From Pseudomonadota bacterium (GTDB lineage: Bacteria; UBA10199; 2-02-FULL-44-16; JAAZCA01), in NCBI GenBank assembly GCA_043822785.1, contig JBDRBN010000016.1, forward strand, positions 1-25,120: a stretch of DNA of 25,120 nucleotides. Direction: 5' to 3'. The notes beneath the pieces were generated by a model. The model saw only the letters and a list, made by a program, of their open reading frames with translations. It was not told where the DNA came from and made no database searches. The translations under genes were made by a program, and so were the position numbers. Positions 1 to 6,543 of the stretch are shown piece by piece; positions within the stretch are counted from its first letter, which is position 1, and the number at the start of each line of letters is the position of its first letter.

Positions 1-111
1 CCAGAAAAATCTACTTTGTTTTCGCAGGTAGCTGCTGATGAGGTTGCCGAAATCACTGCAGCACTGCTTCGATTCACTACACTCCAAAAACGCCCCCCGT
101 GTTTTCAGTAA
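1..111 (+). CDS. Possible 3' end of a gene entering from the left edge
   Basis: Frame 1 is open from base 1 to TAA at 109-111 (PEKSTLFSQVAADEVAEITAALLRFTTLQKRPPCFQ*). No recognisable motif. Confidence 0.3.
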   Translation, partial: PEKSTLFSQVAADEVAEITAALLRFTTLQKRPPCFQ

Positions 112-171
112 CTTAGCCACCGGGAAACGTCCCCTTTTTCCCCTTTTTCCCTGACCCCTTCATCCTGCAGC

Positions 172-207
172 AAATCCAATATCCAATATCTAATTTCGCC
201 TTTCAGT
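172..207 (+). repeat. Dispersed heptamer-based repeat arm (ATCCAAT.TCCAAT.TCTAATTTCGCCTTT), copy 1
   Basis: AAATCCAATATCCAATATCTAATTTCGCCTTTCAGT. Similar copies in the same orientation at 5677, 6497 and 8421. Confidence 0.75.
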
Positions 208-291
208 GGAAATCGGACTCTGTAACCCCCTGATATTTATAGGATTCATGAGGTTGTCCTGTTCTGTCCCTTTTGTAATCTATCTACGCGA

Positions 292-297
292 TAAGAT
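292..297 (+). promoter_or_regulatory. -10 box of the predicted circle-junction promoter
   Basis: TAAGAT just inside the left end; 17-nt spacing to TTGACG arises only after circularisation. Confidence 0.65.
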
Positions 298-412
298 GAA
301 AAAAAAAGGTCTCCTCCCGAAGCCTTATTGGCTTACATGGACACTGACCTATTTTTGTAGGACGGTCATTTGTGGTGAGAATGAAACCAGCCACAAAAAA
401 AGGAGGAGACTT

Positions 413-1450
413 ATGAATAAGGCATATGAACACTACATCGGAGTAGATTGGTCAATAACAAAGATGGCGATAGCGAGGATGACCGGGAAGTCAAACAAGG
501 TAACGGTTATAGAGGTACCATCAGATGTGGAGGAGCTTCGGAGGTATCTGAGCAATCTAAGGGGTCGACGCATCCTGACGATTGAGGAGACGACAGTGGC
601 ACAATGGTTGTACACGGAATTGAAGGACAGCGTGGAACGACTCATCATATGCGATCCGACGAGAAACCGATTGTTGAGCGAGGGGGCAAAGACGGACAAG
701 ATCGATGCGGTTAAACTGGTTCAGTTGTTGAGGGCAGAGATGTTGAAGGAAGTATATCATTCAGCAAATCGTCTACATGATCTTCGGCGAGTGGTGAGCG
801 GATACGATGGCCTGGTAAAATCCGGAGTGAGATATCAAAATCAGCGGTATTCATTTTTGAGGAGTCTTGGGTACAAAGGGGATGAAGCGCACGGGTTGAA
901 GTTGAAGAGTCCTGGAGATCAGCTTGTATTGGAAGGACTGGAGAAGCGGATCAAGGCATATGAAGAGGAAAAAGCATTATACAAGGAAGAGTTTGAAAGG
1001 TGGTCTAAGCGGATACCTGAGATACGTCATCAGAAGAGCCTGCCAGGAATAGGCATCATATGTGCAGCGAAGATTGTGTCGCGAGTGGTTTCGCCGGCGA
1101 GATTTTCGAGTTCTGGCCATTATTTGAGCTATGCGGGATTGGTAAAGCTTATAAGGAAGAGTGGCGGAGTAAGTTATGGTCGTAAGGAACCGAGATATAG
1201 CCGGGACTTAAAATACGCCTATAAGACAGCGATGATGGCGGCTATCGATGGAAATAACGAGATCGGCGATTACTACGAGATGCTAATTAATGAGAAGAAC
1301 TACACCGAGTACAACGCGAGGCAGAAGGCAGCGCGGAGGCTCGCTACGTTGAGTTTGGGAGTGTTCAAAAGCGGGCGCAAATATGAACCATATGATCGGA
1401 GGCATCGTGTAAAGAACAGATCAGGTAGAACAAGATCCAGGTCTGGCTGA
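413..1450 (+). CDS. IS110-family transposase/recombinase, 345 aa
   Basis: RBS AGGAGG at 401-406 and ATG at 413. RuvC-like DEDD motifs YIGVDWS, TIEET and KTDKIDA; C-terminal domain with SLPGIG and YAGL...KSGG (catalytic-Ser position). Confidence 0.95.
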   Translation: MNKAYEHYIGVDWSITKMAIARMTGKSNKVTVIEVPSDVEELRRYLSNLRGRRILTIEETTVAQWLYTELKDSVERLIICDPTRNRLLSEGAKTDKIDAVKLVQLLRAEMLKEVYHSANRLHDLRRVVSGYDGLVKSGVRYQNQRYSFLRSLGYKGDEAHGLKLKSPGDQLVLEGLEKRIKAYEEEKALYKEEFERWSKRIPEIRHQKSLPGIGIICAAKIVSRVVSPARFSSSGHYLSYAGLVKLIRKSGGVSYGRKEPRYSRDLKYAYKTAMMAAIDGNNEIGDYYEMLINEKNYTEYNARQKAARRLATLSLGVFKSGRKYEPYDRRHRVKNRSGRTRSRSG

Positions 1451-1464
1451 CTTAAGTTGCGAGC

Positions 1465-1685
1465 TTGCTAGGAGATGCTTCTAGTAACAATGCGACGGTC
1501 AGACAGGCGAGGAGAGAGAGCTCAAGAAAAGTTGTGCTCCATCGTGAAAACGATGAGAAGTGTTCACGCGATTAGCCCCTCCTCCATTCCTGGAAGTTAT
1601 CATAGCCCGGATTTGAGGATAGAGGAAGCACCTCAAACGAGAGAGCTGCAAATAGGCGACTAAGGGATGCTGACAACACCTGATC
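1465..1685 (+). ncRNA. Predicted bridge/seek RNA: 5' hairpin, target-binding loop, donor-binding loop
   Basis: Hairpin at 1465-1487. Loop 1 is closed by GAGGAG/CTCCTC (1509-1514/1579-1584) with inner CATCGT-GAAA-ACGATG. Loop 2 is closed by CATTCCT/AGGGATG (1585-1591/1663-1669) with inner TTTGAGG/CCTCAAA. The loop strands match target and donor. RNA ends are unknown. Confidence 0.75.
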
Positions 1686-1838
1686 ATATTCACGCGCGAT
1701 AACTAAGGATCCGTTGTAATGAGGCATATTCATGGCAACACGTGCAGAAACGTGGAACTTAAGGAGGTTTGAACTACGGAGACCATTCGCCAACTAGGGG
1801 AAAATACTGCTTTTTCCACCACTGGAGAAGTTTTTTCA

Positions 1839-1844
1839 TTGACG
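1839..1844 (+). promoter_or_regulatory. Outward-facing -35 box at the IS right end
   Basis: TTGACG 13 nt inside the right GC core, as is typical of IS110 right ends. Confidence 0.7.
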
Positions 1845-1919
1845 AACTTTTTTATAGGCAACTTTTTTAAAATAAGTGCGATAAGATAAAAGAATCATAA
1901 GTCTACATGGAACACGCAT

Positions 1920-3962
1920 ATGGCTTCAAAAACAAAACCTTGCTCAACAGGTACTCCCAGAAGCATTATTGCTGGTGAGCACCCTACGCGTAAAAATAAA
2001 CAACCCAAAAAAACGCCCCAAGAATCACCCGATATATATATCCCTCCTACAACTAACCTTGCACATATCGAGGCCTTAGCACGCAAGCCAGCCAAGGATC
2101 GGAAGTCTGAAGAAGAAAGTGAGCTGGCCAGACTTCACGCACAATGGGCAGAGGCAGGAGGCAAGATACTATTCTTCAGTGACGCACCGCTAATCGAAAT
2201 ATTTGAGATGTTAAAGCGTGGCTCTCGATTAATGGTGGAGGGCAATTCTCCACTTCTTCACAGTTCATTATGGGGTGAAATAGATCTCACTCGTCTAAAT
2301 GGATATTCTGATCATTATTTTGGAAATCTTGGACAAACGCAGTTAGCTAGAGATCTGGCAATTGTTACAAAAAGGCTTCCAATAAGTGTGACCGTATTTC
2401 CTTCAGCACTGATACCAAAGAAATCCAAAAGAGGAGAGCGTAGGGCTGCTCTTAAAGAGCGCAATTGGTCTAAGCTGCTAATAGATTGGCGGAGAATGCA
2501 GTATTTTTTTCTACTAGGAGGCAACACAAGCTTTTGGAACCAATTTGTTAATGAAGTTGGCTACGATCAGTTTGCCCTAGAGTGTTTTCACGGTGGTTCT
2601 AATATAGCCTGGAAAGTTGCCTCATCCCTGTTGGATAAGGATACGTTTACAGCTCTTGGATGGGGAAAGCAGAAACATACCAATATATCCGAGCAAGCTG
2701 GCATAAAAGCTGCACTCATACAGGGCATAGAGGATGAAATCTATGTTGAAGAGATAGGCTATGACCAGTTTGCACTAGATCGTTATCAGGGCGATTCTCA
2801 GAAAGCTTGGGCGGTTGCTTCTTCCCTTTTGAATAAAGGTGCTTTTGCAGCGCTTAGATGGGGGAAGGTGAAGTACACCAACGTAGCTGAGCAAGCTGGC
2901 ACAAGAGCTGCGCTCATGCAGGGTATTGAGAACGGAACCTATATTGGCGAGATAGGGTATGACCAGTTTGCACTAGATCGTTATCAGGGTAATTCTCAGA
3001 AGGCCTGGAAAGTTGCCTCATCCCTTTTGGATAAGGATACGTTTGCAGCTCTTAGGTGGGGAAAACAGAAACATACCAATATATCCGAGCAAGCTGGCAT
3101 AAAAGCTGCGCTCATGCAGGGCATAAAGGACAAAAACTATGTTAAAGAGGTAGGCTATGACCAGTTTGCACTAGATCGTTATCAGGGTAATTCTCAGAAG
3201 GCCTGGCAAGTTGCTGCCTCTCTTTTGGATAAGGATGAGTTTGCAGCTCTTAGGTGGGGAAAACAGAAACATACCAATATATCCGAGCAAGCTGGCATAA
3301 AAGCTGCACTCATACAGGGCATAGAGGATGAAATCTATGTTGAAGAGATAGGCTATGACCAGTTTGCACTAGATCGTTATCAGGGTAATTCTCAGAAGGC
3401 TTGGGTGGTTACCTCATCCCTTTTGGATAAGGATACGTTTACAGCGCTTAAATGGAAGAAGATGAAGTACACCAACGTATCTGAGCAAGCAGGTATGCGC
3501 AAAGCATTGCAAAAAAATGATTATATAGGACGAATGGGTAGGATGCTGTTTTCTGTAAGATTTCTATCAGGAGATTTTGAAAAAGCATACTATGTTGCAC
3601 GTTCATTGCTGAGTAATGCCGACTACAGACGATTAGAGTGGCTGCGTCATGATACGCTTTCATCTGATGATCGAGAAATAATAGCCAAAATGTTAACAAG
3701 CCATGCATTGAAAAAAGTTGGAGGCAATGGAAATGGCTCGTCATCCTCTCCTGCTGGCGGAACAAGCCCCGTTGGAGGTATTCCTTCACCAACGCCATCT
3801 GGTTTTGGAGCGCTTTATGGTAGTGGTAATATTGTAGGAAGCTGTACTCCTTTTAATAATATATTCAGCGCCTATCCCACTAGCATGATGGGCCCCATGA
3901 CAATGGCTACAATGCCTATGATGCTTCCAACAGTATCCGCAACAACTATCTTTGCGTTATAA
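1920..3962 (+). CDS. Hypothetical protein with ~5.5 tandem 66-aa repeats and a Gly/Ser/Pro/Met-rich tail
   Basis: 680-aa ORF with repeat unit E[IV]GYDQFALDRYQGNSQKAWxVASSLLDKDTFAALRWGKxKxTNxSEQAG.... No family recognised. Confidence 0.85.
   Translation: MASKTKPCSTGTPRSIIAGEHPTRKNKQPKKTPQESPDIYIPPTTNLAHIEALARKPAKDRKSEEESELARLHAQWAEAGGKILFFSDAPLIEIFEMLKRGSRLMVEGNSPLLHSSLWGEIDLTRLNGYSDHYFGNLGQTQLARDLAIVTKRLPISVTVFPSALIPKKSKRGERRAALKERNWSKLLIDWRRMQYFFLLGGNTSFWNQFVNEVGYDQFALECFHGGSNIAWKVASSLLDKDTFTALGWGKQKHTNISEQAGIKAALIQGIEDEIYVEEIGYDQFALDRYQGDSQKAWAVASSLLNKGAFAALRWGKVKYTNVAEQAGTRAALMQGIENGTYIGEIGYDQFALDRYQGNSQKAWKVASSLLDKDTFAALRWGKQKHTNISEQAGIKAALMQGIKDKNYVKEVGYDQFALDRYQGNSQKAWQVAASLLDKDEFAALRWGKQKHTNISEQAGIKAALIQGIEDEIYVEEIGYDQFALDRYQGNSQKAWVVTSSLLDKDTFTALKWKKMKYTNVSEQAGMRKALQKNDYIGRMGRMLFSVRFLSGDFEKAYYVARSLLSNADYRRLEWLRHDTLSSDDREIIAKMLTSHALKKVGGNGNGSSSSPAGGTSPVGGIPSPTPSGFGALYGSGNIVGSCTPFNNIFSAYPTSMMGPMTMATMPMMLPTVSATTIFAL
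2553..3641 (+). repeat. 198-bp coding tandem repeat (4 full units, one 62-aa unit, one degenerate partial unit)
   Basis: GGYTAYGAYCAG-like sequence (GYDQ) recurs at 2559, 2757, 2955, 3153 and 3351, an exact 198-bp period. Confidence 0.95.
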
Positions 3963-4230
3963 GTAAAAAGGGTACGATTCCTGGAATGCCAACCTCCCAA
4001 AATCACCCACAAACAAAAGGCGTTTTGAAATTCTTGATGTCCGTGTGTTCGCATTGTTGAACAATCCCATCATCATCATTCCTACCAGTAACCCACATGT
4101 AAATGTTCAATACATGATTTAATGTGCTACAGAGATGTACAAAAACACTACAGTAGTGTTTTTCAATCAAAGGCATCACACTTGATAACTCCTTTGATTT
4201 GAGTCTGTTATGAGGTTCGCTATTCATCCC

Positions 4231-4257
4231 AAAAAGCTACGCAATGCGTAGCCTTTT
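4231..4257. terminator. Hairpin flanked by A/T runs (terminator- or REP-like)
   Basis: AAAA-GCTACGC-AAT-GCGTAGC-CTTTT. Confidence 0.4.
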
Positions 4258-4463
4258 GCCGGAGGCCCAGAACCACCCGTCACGGAGCAAATTGTGTAAC
4301 CCATTGTTCCCAAGGCGGTTTGGATTGCGCCCTGGCCCTTCTTGCTGGTCTTGCTTTTATTGACAAGTGAACGGCATGGGTGACAAAGATCAGGTGGAAT
4401 CCAGATCGCACATTGCTATTTAGCGCATAATGTGATTGCATCATTTGGTAGCATGGAGGGCAT

Positions 4464-4718
4464 ATGGGGCAAAAAATGTCGTGGGAAGAGTTAGTCAAAA
4501 CTTATCCTGATGAATGGGTCGCCTTATCGGATTATGAGCAAGATGGTGCAATCGAAATTGTCGGTACAGTCATAGCCCATGATCCTGACAAAAAGATATT
4601 TCATGAAAAAGTTAGAAAGTTAATGCCACAGTGCCATGACATTGCTGTTCGATACACAGGGCAACTAATCAAGAATCCAGACATCCCACTTCTATGGCAG
4701 ATTACCCATACAGATTAG
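4464..4718 (+). CDS. Small DUF5678-like protein
   Basis: GGAGG at 4455-4459. 84 aa with WEELVKTYPDEWVAL...GTVIAHDPD, resembling DUF5678. Overlaps the next gene. Confidence 0.75.
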   Translation: MGQKMSWEELVKTYPDEWVALSDYEQDGAIEIVGTVIAHDPDKKIFHEKVRKLMPQCHDIAVRYTGQLIKNPDIPLLWQITHTD

Positions 4719-5077
4719 ATGGAGAACTCATCATTGTTCCTGTGAAGCTTCGAAGCAAAACAGATGCATATAACGGCATGTTTGTTTTGGACACAGGTTC
4801 TTCTGGCATCATTATTGACCACGAGATTGCTTTTGACTTGGGCTATACTGCAAAAGATGGAGTTGGTTTTTCTACCGTGAGTTCTGCCGTTGGCAAAGAA
4901 AAGGGCTATCGTCTGTTAATTGATGCCTTTGAGGTGTTTGGCAAGAAGTTAAATTCCATAGAAGTGCGTTGTCATGATTTAAAAGATCAGGGTGTTGAAG
5001 GTTTAATCGGTATGTCTTTTCTCAAGCGGTTTAACTGGTGCGTATATCCAAAAAGGCAGGTCATATCTATCAAATAA
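4694..5077 (+). CDS. Retropepsin-like (clan AA) aspartyl protease
   Basis: Catalytic motif FVLDTGSS and C-terminal GLIGMSFL; single domain of 127 aa. Confidence 0.9.
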   Translation: MADYPYRLDGELIIVPVKLRSKTDAYNGMFVLDTGSSGIIIDHEIAFDLGYTAKDGVGFSTVSSAVGKEKGYRLLIDAFEVFGKKLNSIEVRCHDLKDQGVEGLIGMSFLKRFNWCVYPKRQVISIK

Positions 5078-5116
5078 AATTGGAAGCCCAATGACATCTT
5101 CGTGAGCCGCGATAAT

Positions 5117-5188
5117 AAAAAAGTGTCGGACGCTTAAATTTGCGCAACTAGTTGAAAAGAAAGAATAAATAAGTGTCCGACACCTTTT
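5117..5188. repeat. REP-like inverted repeat pair flanking an IHF-like site
   Basis: Arms AAAAAGTGTCGGACGCTTA and TAAGTGTCCGACACCTTTT with central CAACTAGTTGAAA (5145-5157). Lies between convergent genes. Confidence 0.65.
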
Positions 5189-5199
5189 CAGTGTTAAGT

Positions 5200-5385
5200 T
5201 CATTTGTAGCACTTTCTGACAACCGGACACAAAACGATTGCGACATTCAGTAAGACCCATAAAATTAATGAACTGATCCAAAGATTTCCTTCCACCTTTA
5301 GTAAATGTTGCACATAGAACAGGAACCCAAAGAAGGATGCCTCAGCGATGATCCCATAAATCCATTCTTTTATTTTGTTCGACAT
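5200..5385 (-). CDS. Small membrane protein (61 aa, two hydrophobic segments)
   Basis: RBS AAGGGGAG upstream on the minus strand; two TM-like stretches. Confidence 0.75.
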   Translation of the reverse strand: MSNKIKEWIYGIIAEASFFGFLFYVQHLLKVEGNLWISSLILWVLLNVAIVLCPVVRKCYK

Positions 5386-5531
5386 AACAACTCCCCTTTC
5401 CAGGTAGCAGAGAAATTTTCTCTGTCATTTAAGGTTTAAGAAAGCAAATGGGAACTACCAATAACAAGCTGATTCCTGCTGGTAGTTAAGCATACCAGCA
5501 GCAATCCGCTTCTTACTGGTATCCCGCCGTC

Positions 5532-5618
5532 CTAAGATTGAAGGATTATGAAGACCAACATGGCGAGCATTGCCAGCAGGAAACCGACAGCCAACATTCT
5601 TTTATGAAAATGTTTCAT
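5532..5618 (-). CDS. Putative 28-aa single-TM peptide (not in the ORF track)
   Basis: ATG(5618)...TAG(5532) encodes MKHFHKRMLAVGFLLAMLAMLVFIILQS: basic N-terminus then ~19 hydrophobic residues. RBS is weak. Confidence 0.45.
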   Translation of the reverse strand: MKHFHKRMLAVGFLLAMLAMLVFIILQS

Positions 5619-5676
5619 CGATTGTTAATTTCCTACTACTTTGCTGGGGCATTTTCCAGACAAAAGGCGGACAGAA

Positions 5677-5710
5677 AAATCCAATTTCCAATTTCTAATT
5701 TCGCCTTTTT
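5677..5710 (+). repeat. Dispersed heptamer-based repeat arm, copy 2
   Basis: AAATCCAATTTCCAATTTCTAATTTCGCCTTTTT. Confidence 0.8.
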
Positions 5711-5880
5711 GAACTGGTCGCAAATTGCGACCACCTCATCCATATCAAACATTCCACACTGACCACAATCACTACATCAGTGATGTGAAACGCTACAGCA
5801 ACATCTTGAACTAAACAACATACTCTCTGAAAAGCCTTTGCTTATGGATGTGTTATAGCACTCTTAAACCATGCAATTTT

Positions 5881-5896
5881 TGGCATAGGATTTGCT
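5881..5896 (+). promoter_or_regulatory. Sigma-54 (-24/-12) promoter
   Basis: TGGCATAGGATTTGCT: GG-N10-GC in TGGCA...TTGCT context, 13 nt before ATG 5910. Confidence 0.65.
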
Positions 5897-5909
5897 TATT
5901 CCATAAAGT

Positions 5910-6382
5910 ATGAGCAAGACAAAATCCTCATCATTGGTACCCTTCAGTTATACTAAACTCCTTGAGGAACTAAAGGTTCGAATTCGTAATGCACAAGTAC
6001 ACGCCGGATTTGCGGCAAATCAGGAGATGATAATGCTCTACTGGGAAATTGGTTGCGATATCCTTACTCGGCAAAAACAGGAGGGTTGGGGTGCAAAGGT
6101 TGTAGATCGCCTCGCAAGGGATCTTGGCCAATCTTTTCCTGAAATGAAAGGCTTTACGCCTAGGAATCTGCTGTTAATGCGCTCTCTTGCTGAGGCGTAT
6201 CCTGATGGCAAAATAGTGAAACAGCTTGTTTCACAAATTCCCTGGGGGCATAACATCCGCATTGTTCAGGCCGTCAAAGATCCCGAAGAACGCCTTTGGT
6301 ACATTCAGAAGACCGCAACACAAAGAAACTGCGTGGTAGCCTTCCTACAATCGAAGAGCTGGAAGCAAAATTAGACGGATGA
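5910..6382 (+). pseudogene. YhcG/DUF1016 family nuclease gene with an internal deletion
   Basis: The N-terminal domain is intact (LYWEIG...GWGAKVVDRLARDL...KGFTPRNL...QIPWGHN...ERLWY). The family-type C-terminus KKLRGSLPTIEELEAKLDG* follows at 6323-6382 in another frame. The nuclease domain is absent. Confidence 0.85.
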
Positions 6383-6496
6383 CGTGCTGGCATGGCTAAC
6401 GCAAAACAAGATAAAACCATCATGCGACGCAAATACATAGATTAGAATTCAGGGGGTTATATTTATTCTCCCATTGCTTTGTCCGATGATTTTTAA

Positions 6497-6528
6497 AAAT
6501 CCAATTTCCAATTTCCAATTTCACTTTT
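6497..6528 (+). repeat. Dispersed heptamer-based repeat arm, copy 3
   Basis: AAATCCAATTTCCAATTTCCAATTTCACTTTT. Confidence 0.8.
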
Positions 6529-6543
6529 AATTTAATGCGGATT

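Larger units (their letters stand above)
288..1859 (+). mobile_element. IS110-family insertion sequence (short left end, long non-coding right end), inferred GC core
   Basis: Contains a DEDD transposase. GC occurs at 288-289 and 1858-1859. Joining the ends at GC places TTGACG (1839-1844) exactly 17 nt before TAAGAT (292-297). Segments in the right end match the reconstructed junction and target. Confidence 0.8.

Noticed and set aside
206..412. 69-aa N-terminal extension of the transposase in the ORF track
   Set aside because: It runs through flanking repeat DNA and the IS left end. The strong RBS and the position of the first DEDD motif favour ATG 413.
1475..1793. Short ORFs in the IS right end
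   Set aside because: No motifs. The region is better explained as structured non-coding RNA.
236..1858. TTTATAGG direct repeat (236-243 / 1851-1858) as IS boundaries
   Set aside because: This junction gives no good -10 at 16-18 nt spacing and does not explain the ATAGGCGA guide match. Disfavoured rather than excluded.
1839..1873. Hybrid promoter TTGACG...TAAAAT driving the repeat-protein gene
   Set aside because: The spacer is 23 nt, too long for sigma-70.
2553..3641. CRISPR array or diversity-generating retroelement
   Set aside because: The repeats are in-frame coding units with no unique spacers. There are no cas or reverse transcriptase genes, and differences are not adenine-specific.
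4003..4498. Minus-strand ORFs of 74 and 72 aa
   Set aside because: No recognisable motif or clear RBS. The first could be a gene remnant but cannot be supported.
5716..5734. Palindrome TGGTCGCAA-A-TTGCGACCA encoding WSQIAT (ORF6N-like motif) in ORF 5538-5762
   Set aside because: Too short to call a gene remnant, and the ORF crosses repeat DNA.
6388..6403. Second sigma-54-like GG-N10-GC site
   Set aside because: Lacks TT before GC and has no downstream gene on that strand.
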